Positions 24,501 through 34,966 of a DNA stretch of 64,000 bases are shown piece after piece. The position numbers and the translations under genes were made by a program. The notes under the pieces were generated by a model that did not search any database, was not told the origin of the DNA, and saw nothing but the letters and a program-made list of their open reading frames with translations. The DNA is from Babesia bigemina. Its lineage: Eukaryota. The stretch is from the NCBI RefSeq assembly GCF_000981445.1, contig NC_027217.1, positions 1,178,001 through 1,242,000 on the forward strand. The letters run 5' to 3'. Position 1 is the first letter of the stretch; each line of letters opens with the position of its first letter.

Positions 24501-27500
24501 CCCTACCCCAGCCCACATCCGCCCGTTGTGCCGGACTCCGGTGCGTGAGGTCTGCGGGCGGGGTGCCCGGACTGGGGGCTTGGCAGTCGAGGTACCGGAG
24601 GGATGGCAGTTAGGGCGCTATAGTGAAGCAGTGCTGGCAGATGACATATTGGACCAGGTTTGGCGCAGTGCTGCGTGTTGTAGGCCTTGTCTGTCTGCCT
24701 CGCTCCACGCCCGCCGGCGCCGCGCAGCTACCGTGTCAGCGGATACGGGGTCTAGCAGATACCACAACTCAATGCACTGCCGGCACTTAATAGCTATAGG
24801 ACGTAGTATGGTACGCACTTCTATGTGACTGTGATGGCCTGGCTCCCAACACCCGTCACCCTGCCGCCACCGCCGCCACGCCTACACCGCTGCGGACGGG
24901 CTCTGAGGCAGGCGGGTCGCGGGCACTGGCGGTGGCACCAGGCGTCATGAGACGACGATACGTGTGACCGAGGCTGCCTGGCACCACACTTGCTGAAATA
25001 ACACTTGCTGGCACTCGTCCAGCTGCTACCCGGGCATCCACTGCCGCCGGCACGCCTGCGGAACCGCCACGGCCAACTGCAGCTGCGGCTGTACGGCACG
25101 CCAGACGCCGCCAGTGTCGCGCTGGTGCCACATTGGTGTGGTTACGTGCCTGTGTTGCCTCCCTACCCCAGCCCACATCCGCCCGTTGTGCCGGACTCCG
25201 GTGCGTGAGGCCTGCGGGCGGGGTGCTCGGACTGGGGGCTTGGCAGTCGAGGCACCGGAGGGATGGCAGCTAGGGCACGGCAGTGAAGCAGTGCTGGCAG
25301 ATGACATATTGGACCAGGTTTGGCGCAGTGCTGCGTGTTGTAGGTTGTGTCTGGCTGCCTCGCTCCACGCCCGCCGGCGCCGCGCAGCTGCCGTGTCAGC
25401 GGATACGGGGTCTAGCAGATACCACAACTCATTGCGTTACCGGCACCAGGCAGGCACGGACGTAGTATCGTACGCACTTCTATGTGGCTGTGATGGCCTG
25501 GCTCGCAACACCCGTCACCCTGCCGCCACCGCCGCCACGCCTACACCGCTGCGGACGGGCTCTGAGGCAGGCGGGTCGCGGGCACTGGCGGTGGCACCAG
25601 GCGTCATGAGACGATACTGTCATCGGAGCTGCCTGGCACCACACTTGCTGAAATAACACTTGCTGGCACTCGACCAGCTGCTACCTGTGGATCCACCGCC
25701 GCCGGCACGCCTGGTGAGGGTCTGTGGCGCCGGGTGGAGTCACTGGGTGTGACATCGCCAGACCGCGGCAGTGTCGCGTTGGTGCCACATTGGCGTGGTT
25801 ACGTGCCTGTGTTGCCTCCCTATCCTAGCCCACATCCGCCCGTTGTGCCGGGCTCCGGTGCGTGACGCCTGCGGGCGGGGTGCCCGGACTGGGGGCTTGG
25901 CAGTCGAGGCACCAGACGGATGGCAGCTAGGGCACGGCAGTGAAGCAGTGCTGGCGGATGACATATTGGACCAGGTTTGGCGCAGTGCTGCGTGTTGTAG
26001 GCCGTGTCTGTCTGCCTCGCTCCACGACCCCCGGCGCCGCGCAGCCGCCGTGTCAGCGGATACGGGGCGTAGCAGATACCACAACTCAATGCGCTACCGG
26101 CACCTAATAGCTATAAGACGTAGTATCGTACGCACTTTGATGTGGCCGTGATGGCCTGGCTCCCAACACCCGTCACCCTGCCGCCACCGTCGTTACGCCT
26201 ACACCGCTGGGCAAACGGCCTCTGAGGCAGGCGGGTCGCGGGCACTGGCGGTGGCACCAGGCGTCATGAGACGACGATACGTGTGACCGAGGCTGCCTGG
26301 CACCACACTTGCTGAAATAACACTTGCTGGCACTCGTCCAGCTGCTACCCGGGCATCCACTGCCGCCGGCACGCCTGCGGAACCGCCACGGCCAACTGCA
26401 GCTGCGGCTGTACGGCACGCCAGACGCCGCCAGTGTCGCGCTGGTGCCACATTGGCGTGGTTACGTGCCTGTGTTGCCTCCCTATCCTAGCCCACATCCG
26501 CCCGTTGTGCCGGGCTCCGGTGCGTGACGCCTGCGGGCGGGGTGCCCGGACTGGGGGCTTGGCAGTCGAGGCACCAGACGGATGGCAGCTAGGGCACGGC
26601 AGTGAAGCAGTGCTGGCGGATGACATATTGGACCAGGTTTGGCGCAGTGCTGCGTGTTGTAGGCCGTGTCTGTCTGCCTCGCTCCACGACCCCCGGCGCC
26701 GCGCAGCCGCCGTGTCAGCGGATACGGGGCGTAGCAGATACCACAACTCAATGCGCTACCGGCACCTAATAGCTATAAGACGTAGTATCGTACGCACTTT
26801 GATGTGGCTGTGATGGCCTGGCTCCCAACACCCGTCACCCTGCCGCCACCGCCGCCACGCCTACACCGCTGCGGACGGGCTCTGAGGCAGGCGGGTCGTG
26901 GGCACTGGCGGTGGCACCAGGCGTCATGAGACGATACTGTCATCGGAGCTGCCTGGCACCACACTTGCTGAAATAACACTTGCTGGCACTCGTCCAGCTG
27001 CTACCCGGGCATCCACTGCCGCCAACACGCCTGGGGAGGGTCTGTGGCGCCGGGTGGAGTCGCTGGGTGGAGTCGCTGGGTGTGACATCGCCAGACCGCG
27101 GCAGGCGCAGCGCAGCACACGATGTGACCTGGTGTCGCGGTATAGCTGCTCTATATGTACCATCCACCGACACGCATCCGGGCAGTCCGGGAGCGGCGCT
27201 GCCGGCACGCCTGCGGAGCCGCCACGGCCAACTGCAGCTGCGGCTGTACGGCACGCCAGACGGCGCCAGTGTCGCGCTGGTGCCACATTGGTGTGGTTAC
27301 GTGCCTGTGTTGCCTCCCTGCCCCAGCCCACATCCGCCCGTTGTGCCGGGCTCCGGTGCGTGAGGCCTGCGGGCGGGGTGCCCGGACTGGGGGCGTGGCA
27401 GTCGAGGCACCGGAGGGATGGCAGCTAGGGCACGGCAGTGAAGCAGTGCTGGCAGATGACAGATTGGACCAGGTTTGGCGCAGTGCTGCGTGTTGTAGGC

Positions 27501-30500
27501 CTTGTCTAACTGCCTCGCTCCACGACCCCCGGCGCCGCGCAGCCGCCGTGTCAGCGGATACGGAGAGTAGCAGATACCACAACTCATTGCGCTGCCGGCA
27601 CCAGGCAGGCACTGATGTAGTATGGTACGCACTTCTATGTGGCCGTGATGGCCTGGCTCCCAACACCCGTCACCCTGCCGCCACCGTCGTTACGCCTACA
27701 CCGCTGGGCAAACGGCCTCTGAGGCAGGCGGGTCGCGGGCACTGGCGGTGGCACCAGGCGTCATGAGACGACGATACCTGTCATCGGAGCTGTTTGGCAC
27801 CACACTCGTTGAAATAACACTCGCTGGCACTCGACCAGCTGCTACCCGGGCATCCACCGCCGCCGGCACGCCTGGGGAGGGTCTGTGGCGCCGGGTGGAG
27901 TCGCTGGGCGAGACATCGCCAGACCCCGCCAGTGTCGCGCTGGTGCCACATTGGTGTGGTTACGTGCCTGTGTTGCCTCCCTACCCCAGCCCACATCCGC
28001 CCGTTGTGCCGGACTCCGGTGCGTGAGGCCTGCGGGCGGGGTGCCCGGGCTGGGGGCGTGGCAGTCGAGGCACCGGAGGGATGGCAGCTAGGGCACGGCA
28101 GTGAAGCAGTGCTGGCAGATGACAGATTGGACCAGGTTTGGCGCAGTGCTGCGTGTTGTAGGCCTTGTCTAACTGCCTCGCTCCACGACCCCCGGCGCCG
28201 CGCAGCCGCCGTGTCAGCAGCACCGGGGTCTAGCAGATACCACAACTCATTGCGTTACCGGTACCAGGCAGGCACGGACGTAGTATCGTACGCACTTCTA
28301 TGTGGCTGTGATGGCCTGGCTCGCAACACCCGTCACCCTGCCGCCACCGCCGCCACGCCTACACCGCTGCGGACGGGCTCTGAGGCAGGCGGGTCGCGGG
28401 CACTGGCGGTGGCACCAGGCGTCATGAGACGATACTGTCATCGGAGCTGCCTGGCACCACACTTGCTGAAATAACACTTGCTGGCACTCGTCCAGCTGCT
28501 ACCCGGGCATCCACTGCCGCCGGCACGCCTGGGGAGGGTCTGTGGCGCCGGGTGGAGTCGCTGGGTGTGACATCGCCAGACCGCGGCAGGCGCAGCGCAG
28601 CACATGATGTGACCTGGTGTCACGGTATAGCTGCTCTATATGTCCCATCCACCGACACGCATCCGGGCAGTCCGGGAGCGGCGCTGCCGGCACGCCTGCG
28701 GAACCGCCACGGCCAACTGCAGCTGCGGCTGTACGGCACGCCAGACGCCGCCAGTGTCGCGCTGGTGCCACATTGGTGTGGTTACGTGCCTGTGTTGCCT
28801 CCCTATCCTAGCCCACATCCGCCCGTTGTGCCGGGCTCCGGTGCGTGACGCCTGCGGGCGGGGTGCCCGGACTGGGGGCTTGGCAGTCGAGGCACCAGAC
28901 GGATGGCAGCTAGGGCACGGCAGTGAAGCAGTGCTGGCGGATGACATATTGGACCAGGTTTGGCGCAGTGCTGCGTGTTGTAGGCCGTGTCTGTCTGCCT
29001 CGCTCCACGACCCCCGGCGCCGCGCAGCCGCCGTGTCAGCGGATACGGGGCGTAGCAGATACCACAACTCAATGCGCTACCGGCACCTAATAGCTATAAG
29101 ACGTAGTATCGTACGCACTTTGATGTGGCTGTGATGGGCTGGCTCCCAACACCCGTCACCCTGCCGCCACCGCCGCCACGCCTACACCGCTGCGGACGGG
29201 CTCTGAGGCAGGCGGGTCGTGGGCACTGGCGGTGGCACCAGGCGTCATGAGACGATACTGTCATCGGAGCTGCCTGGCACCACACTTGCTGAAATAACAC
29301 TTGCTGGCACTCGTCCAGCTGCTACCCGGGCATCCACTGCCGCCAACACGCCTGGGGAGGGTCTGTGGCGCCGGGTGGAGTCGCTGGGTGGAGTCGCTGG
29401 GTGTGACATCGCCAGACCGCGGCAGGCGCAGCGCAGCACACGATGTGACCTGGTGTCGCGGTATAGCTGCTCTATATGTACCATCCACCGACACGCATCC
29501 GGGCAGTCCGGGAGCGGCGCTGCCGGCACGCCTGCGGAGCCGCCACGGCCAACTGCAGCTGCGGCTGTACGGCACGCCAGACGGCGCCAGTGTCGCGCTG
29601 GTGCCACATTGGTGTGGTTACGTGCCTGTGTTGCCTCCCTGCCCCAGCCCACATCCGCCCGTTGTGCCGGGCTCCGGTGCGTGAGGCCTGCGGGCGGGGT
29701 GCCCGGACTGGGGGCGTGGCAGTCGAGGCACCGGAGGGATGGCAGCTAGGGCACGGCAGTGAAGCACTGCTGGCAGATGACAGATTGGACCAGGTTTGGC
29801 GCAGTGCTGCGTGTTGTAGGTTGAGTCTGTCTGCCTCGCTCCACGCCCCCGGCGCCGCGCAGCCGCCGTGTCAGCGGATACGGGGTCTAGCAGATACCAC
29901 AACTCAATGCACTGCCGGCACTTAATAGCTATAAGACGTAGTATGGTACGCACTCTATGTGGCTCTGATGGCCTGGCTCCCAACACCCGTCACCCTGCCG
30001 CCACCGTCGTTACGCCTACACCGCTGGGCAAACGGCCTCTGAGGCAGGCGGGTCGCGGGCACTGGCGGTGGCACCAGGCGTCATGAGACGACGATACCTG
30101 TCATCGGAGCTGTTTGGCACCACACTCGTTGAAATAACACTCGCTGGCACTCGACCAGCTGCTACCCGGGCATCCACCGCCGCCGGCACGCCTGGGGAGG
30201 GTCTGTGGCGCCGGGTGGAGTCGCTGGGCGAGACATCGCCAGACCCCGCCAGTGTCGCGCTGGTGCCACATTGGTGTGGTTACGTGCCTGTGTTGCCTCC
30301 CTACCCCAGCCCACATCCGCCCGTTGTGCCGGACTCCGGTGCGTGAGGCCTGCGGGCGGGGTGCTCGGACTGGGGGCTTGGCAGTCGAGGCACCGGAGGG
30401 ATGGCAGCTAGGGCACGGCAGTGAAGCAGTGCTGGCAGATGACATATTGGACCAGGTTTGGCGCAGTGCTGCGTGTTGTAGGCCTTGTCTGGCTGCCTCG

Positions 30501-30909
30501 CTCCACGACCCCCGGCGCCGCGCAGCCGCCGTGTCAGCGGATACGGGGTCTGGCAGATACCACAACTCATTGCGCTGCCGGCACTTAATAGCTATAAGAC
30601 GTAGTATGGTGCGCACTTCGACGTGGCTGTGATGGCCTGGCTCGCAACACCCGTCACCCTGCCGCCACCGCCGCCACGCCTACACCGCTGCGGACGGGCT
30701 CTGAGGCAGGCGGGTCGCGGGCACTGGCGGTGGCACCAGGCGTCATGAGACGACGATACTGCCATCGGAGCTGCCTGGCACCACACTTGCTGAAATAACA
30801 CTTGCTGGCACTCGTCCAGCTGCTACCCGGGCATCCACTGCCGCCGGCACGCCTGGTGAGGGTCTGTGGCGCCGGGTGGAGTCACTGGACGAGACATCGC
30901 CAGACCGCG
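21561..30909. repeat. GC-rich mosaic tandem array: 12 full units plus a partial one, in two length classes
   Basis: Anchor GCGTCATGAGACG at 21631, 22456, 23284, 24119, 24942, 25601, 26261, 26921, 27758, 28419, 29242, 30078 and 30740. Spacings 825, 828, 835, 823, 659, 660, 660, 837, 661, 823, 836, 662. GC is roughly two-thirds by spot counts, clearly above the flanks. Confidence 0.97.
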
Positions 30910-31656
30910 TGAGCGAATCCAGATGGTCGTAATTATGTGGAGATATGCGGATCATCACACATGGTTGTGTGACGTTTATTCACTCGTGGGCATCTCCGGT
31001 TCAGGGCATAACGCAAAGGCATGTCAACTGCCGCGCCAATCGCGGCCTCTTGTCGCTAAAGCTTCGAAGGTGCAACTGTTACCCACTCACTGGTGCGCTG
31101 TATCAATGACGGAGTACCATATGGGTGCCGATCACACTCATCTCGAAACGGTCTGCCACATCTCTGGTATTCATCTCACCTGCCAGGCGCATTGGCTCTT
31201 CTACCTGGCGAATGGCTACATCGGCAGTTTCAACACATTGAGCACAACTGCACGCGAAGTCACTTCTACGTGTCAAATATCATGCAAAAGCGTTACGATA
31301 ACACGGAACTGCTTAACCTGAGGCAGCTCTTCACATCCCAACTCTAATGGGATCCAACCCATGGTTGAGCTAATGGTTGCATAAAGCGCTTCTTCATGTT
31401 GCATTGACCCCGTTTACAACGCCTGCAGATGCCACATGGCGAACGTCCTACTGAGGCATCCTGTCGCACTTCCTCACCCAGCCCATCAGGTTGCAGGCCG
31501 TGGATGAGCCCGGTGACGCCTGTTGAGGCGCTTCGCCGTTGTGAGTATGCTTAGACGTGTCCGTGCAGAGCATATAGTGGATTGCGCGGCGAATACACAG
31601 GGCGTGGAAGGAATGTATCCCGCTCGCTTTTTTATTGATTGTCCCGCGGCGGCCGC

Positions 31657-32772
31657 TGTCGGCGTGGCGGCCCATCCACTTTGGTGGAGTACCTGCATTC
31701 CACTGGCAGATTTAATTTGGTGCTCTTAGTCGCGTGTCAGGCGCATCGCCAAGGTTTCTAAATGTGAGCAGCGGTATTGGGTGATGTGGCATACCTCCCT
31801 CGATCCGGCAGGTGCGATGAGCAACAGGGGATGCTGTCGTGTGGCTCCAACTCAGGATATTACACGGCCCCATTGACAACCGTGTTAGTTGCAGACACAT
31901 ATGATAACAGTACGATGCGTTGTTGACTTGGCTACCGCAATTATTACCACCAGCCCAAGGTACACTTCCACTGGTACCAAAAGGCAGGTCCTCATCAACA
32001 AGCGAAACCAATTTATTCGCATCATTCACCGAAGTGTCATCGTATATGAGCTAATCAATACTGTGAGTCGTAGTTCTCGATTTAGATGGTGGAGAGGACT
32101 GTGCCCTTTATGGTGGCACAGTGGCACTCCAACGGCGGTGTCTGGCGCAGGGTCTCCCCCGGTCCAATGAGTTCACTGTCGAACCGCAGTATAACAAAGT
32201 GATTACTCCGAGATGCTACAAACGACTTGCTGACATAGCTTACGTTCTTCACTTTGCCGTTCACGGAGACCTGGTCGAAGCAGTTGGGCGGGTCCAGCAC
32301 GTAAGGAGCCGGGCACTAGAAGGCCGCATTGCCCGCAGCATGGAGGCCTATCTTGCAACCAATTTCTCTGCCGTAGGCGTCGCAGACACTGGTCGTCTCA
32401 GGCTTGAAAAGCTCAGTGGATGCGTATGTGACACCGCAGCCTTGTAGGCAGGGGTCCGTGGTCTCGGCGTGAACTTCCACGACGTCCCCAGTGTATTGCT
32501 TAGTAGTTGTTACGGTATGATGATTCGTTGAGGTAATCTACGGTATGAGAGATCCGCTAGTCGACACGTTGCCAATTGATACCTTGTCTAATGTGTGAGA
32601 TGGTGGACAGGGACGGAAGTCATCGCGAGACCATGAGTGCTGCTCTCACCCAAGCTGGGTGGTAGCACAAATGACAAAAACGGCATTCAGAAACAGTACG
32701 CCGTGGAATCGGCACCCGAGACCAACCGCCTGCAACTCCACCCCGGCAGACGCTAGCATCAACTCATGCCAC
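31657..32772 (-). repeat. Right arm of 1116-bp inverted repeat
   Basis: Reverse complement of 20460-21575; ends ...CAACTCATGCCAC at 32772. Confidence 0.97.
32055..32537 (-). pseudogene. s48/45 (6-Cys)-type domain gene fragment, right copy
   Basis: Mirror of 20695-21177, carrying the same TAG and TAA stops. Confidence 0.75.
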
Positions 32773-32889
32773 GTCGCCAGATGGCGCAATATAAAGTGTA
32801 AACACAGAGATTGTTACTTGACTACAGAAGTCATTTTTAGGTAAACTAATGCAGAGTACTTACTTAGATTGATGTTATTGAGTGCATTG

Positions 32890-33969
32890 TTACAGCCTCC
32901 TACACCAATTAAAGATCAATCTCTTTAACCATTTCAGAGTTAATTTAGTTAAGTCAGCTTTTTCTGTATCATTCGTCTCGCTCTCGTTGTTTTGATCTTT
33001 ACTCGTTGCGAATCGCGACTTCAACTTTTCTAGTGCAAATGCATACGGTGGTACTTCAAATTTACCAATATGTGTGACATTTGCTGCTCCCTGTTGAACA
33101 ACATTTGGGATTTTATCATCATAAAACTTCGTACTTCCGTCTCGTCTATAATCCGGCATTTTCGCACATCGGGTATCTGTCTTGGACGTTAATATTTCCT
33201 CATGACCCTCATTCGATTGCAAGTGAACTCTCACCGATCTTTTAATTCTCGGTCCTCCCGCTTCTATCGAATAACCTCTAACGCGATTTTCGCCATTTAA
33301 TGGGCCTCCTATATGTTCAACAAGGTGCCTAACAGGCTCTTCATTTAATAATCCGGCCATTTCATTATCGCGGCTATTTAAATATCCAAAGGAGAATTCT
33401 TTCCTCATCTCTACCTTTATGCCGCTGTCATAAGATCTTTCTCTACACGATTTTCGATTACTTACATAGTCGACCGACACGGAATCATGTTTATATAAGT
33501 TATCAATTAGAACAGACTTTTTATCATCGGGGGAGCTCGCATTCACAACTGGACGTATTACATTATCCACGACTGTGTATAGAGGTTCAATACCCACATC
33601 TGATGAATCGGCATCCGCATATTCAACAATACCACCTGATATAGATTTCAGTATAATATTGTCATCATCACCTTTGAGTTGATTGTTGGTGACACCCAGA
33701 TCTGGGAAATAAATAACGGGGGGATTGGTAATCGTCTCTTTCTTTTCATAACAGCGAGAATTGTCATTCTTTGAAACACATTTTTTGGTCCGTACTGTGT
33801 ATGTAGATTCCTCATGATTTCTTGTGTTATGCATTCTCGCGTCTATGCGCTGTCTCGTATACTTCGATGATATCCGATTTCTAAAAAATGAAGAAATAGG
33901 GCGGTTAATGAGGTCAGAGTCTCCGTATATGACACCGTCTTTTATACTAACCACTAAGCAGTGCATCAT
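32890..33969 (-). CDS. Hypothetical protein (~360 aa; a short upstream exon is possible)
   Basis: Long ORF, hydrophilic; no family recognised. Confidence 0.65.
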   Translation of the reverse strand: MMHCLVVSIKDGVIYGDSDLINRPISSFFRNRISSKYTRQRIDARMHNTRNHEESTYTVRTKKCVSKNDNSRCYEKKETITNPPVIYFPDLGVTNNQLKGDDDNIILKSISGGIVEYADADSSDVGIEPLYTVVDNVIRPVVNASSPDDKKSVLIDNLYKHDSVSVDYVSNRKSCRERSYDSGIKVEMRKEFSFGYLNSRDNEMAGLLNEEPVRHLVEHIGGPLNGENRVRGYSIEAGGPRIKRSVRVHLQSNEGHEEILTSKTDTRCAKMPDYRRDGSTKFYDDKIPNVVQQGAANVTHIGKFEVPPYAFALEKLKSRFATSKDQNNESETNDTEKADLTKLTLKWLKRLIFNWCRRL

Positions 33970-34966
33970 ACTATAGGTTTATGTTCAAGAATAACCGCTT
34001 TGTGCACCATGTTTGAAAACATTGACGTGAGATGCTAAACGTTGCATCAACCCGACCGGCGCCACATTACAACAATACAAATGAGCAAAAGTTTCACTAC
34101 GTACCTAAGCAGATAGATCTGTTACCAGTTGATTAGCTGGAAAACTTGCTGCATAGAATCCTATATTCGATGGCTGCAAACCACCAATCATGTGTTCGTA
34201 ATACCTTCTATTCAGCAGAAGAATATACATCAAACAAACGGTATACTATAGGTGCTGAGATGTACATGTCAGAATCGAGGGAATGCGTGAAAACCTTCCG
34301 ACTTAGTGTTCGCAAAAGGGTGTGAAATAGATTGATAACCCGTGAATGTCTTAAAAATAGAACACAACGTTCATTGCATTAAAAGCACGAACAATCACTA
34401 AAACGGAACCAATTCACACTGGAAGTTACTTAAGAGCTTAGATCGTGTTCCTTAAGAAAATTCTTACATAGATCGACGCGTCTACAATCGATGATTGTAT
34501 AACTCACGCCAAATATTAATAATAAACTAACTAATAACCCCCATTTTATACAAAATACACGTCTTCTTCTTTTATTTATCGCAGATGCGTTTTGAATCAT
34601 TAATAGACCTCCGTAGTTATACAACGTGTTCACGTCTAGCGCACATGACACACACACGGTTATTTGAGTAGTATATAAATGATTAATCACAAGTTGTGCA
34701 CGTGGAAGACTAAGGAAACGAGTCACCCCGTATAATGTCGTGCGATGCCTATGCCGGTATAGGCATACCATTGCCTTAGATGACGACTTCCGATGACTCC
34801 AACAGACAAAAAATGTTGCATATGCGTAGAAAAAAAATCGACCTATACTGAATTGATCAGTTAAAGTGATTTAGAATGATACTGCAATTGCTCGCAATGC
34901 CAGCATCCGGGTAACGCCTCTAAAAAACCTTACTGTGTGGCCATGTAAATTGACCTTTTGACAAAC

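Larger units (their letters stand above)
20460..32772. other. 12.3-kb GC-rich cassette bounded by long inverted repeats (possible invertible or foldback-like structure)
   Basis: Arms 20460-21575 and 31657-32772 are reverse complements. They enclose a tandem array and a ~750-bp unique segment. No transposase seen. Confidence 0.9.

Noticed and set aside
21561..30909. CRISPR array or integron-like cassette array
   Set aside because: Units are 660-837 bp and near-identical throughout, with no unique spacers and no cas or integrase genes, in a eukaryotic context.
21561..30909. rDNA, 5S or tRNA gene array
   Set aside because: No recognisable rRNA, 5S or tRNA signature on either strand.
21492..30958. 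Dozens of overlapping 60-220 aa ORFs in all six frames
   Set aside because: Expected from high GC. Unit lengths and indels do not preserve frame and no frame stays open across units, so there is no support for a repeat-protein gene.
20440..32790. Classical autonomous DNA transposon with target-site duplication
   Set aside because: Flanks (..GGTTCAT| and |GTCGCCA..) show no clear direct duplication, and no transposase ORF is present.
34430..34771. Small TM protein ORF
   Set aside because: Short, with a plausible TM tail but no family match or clear start; not supportable without expression data.
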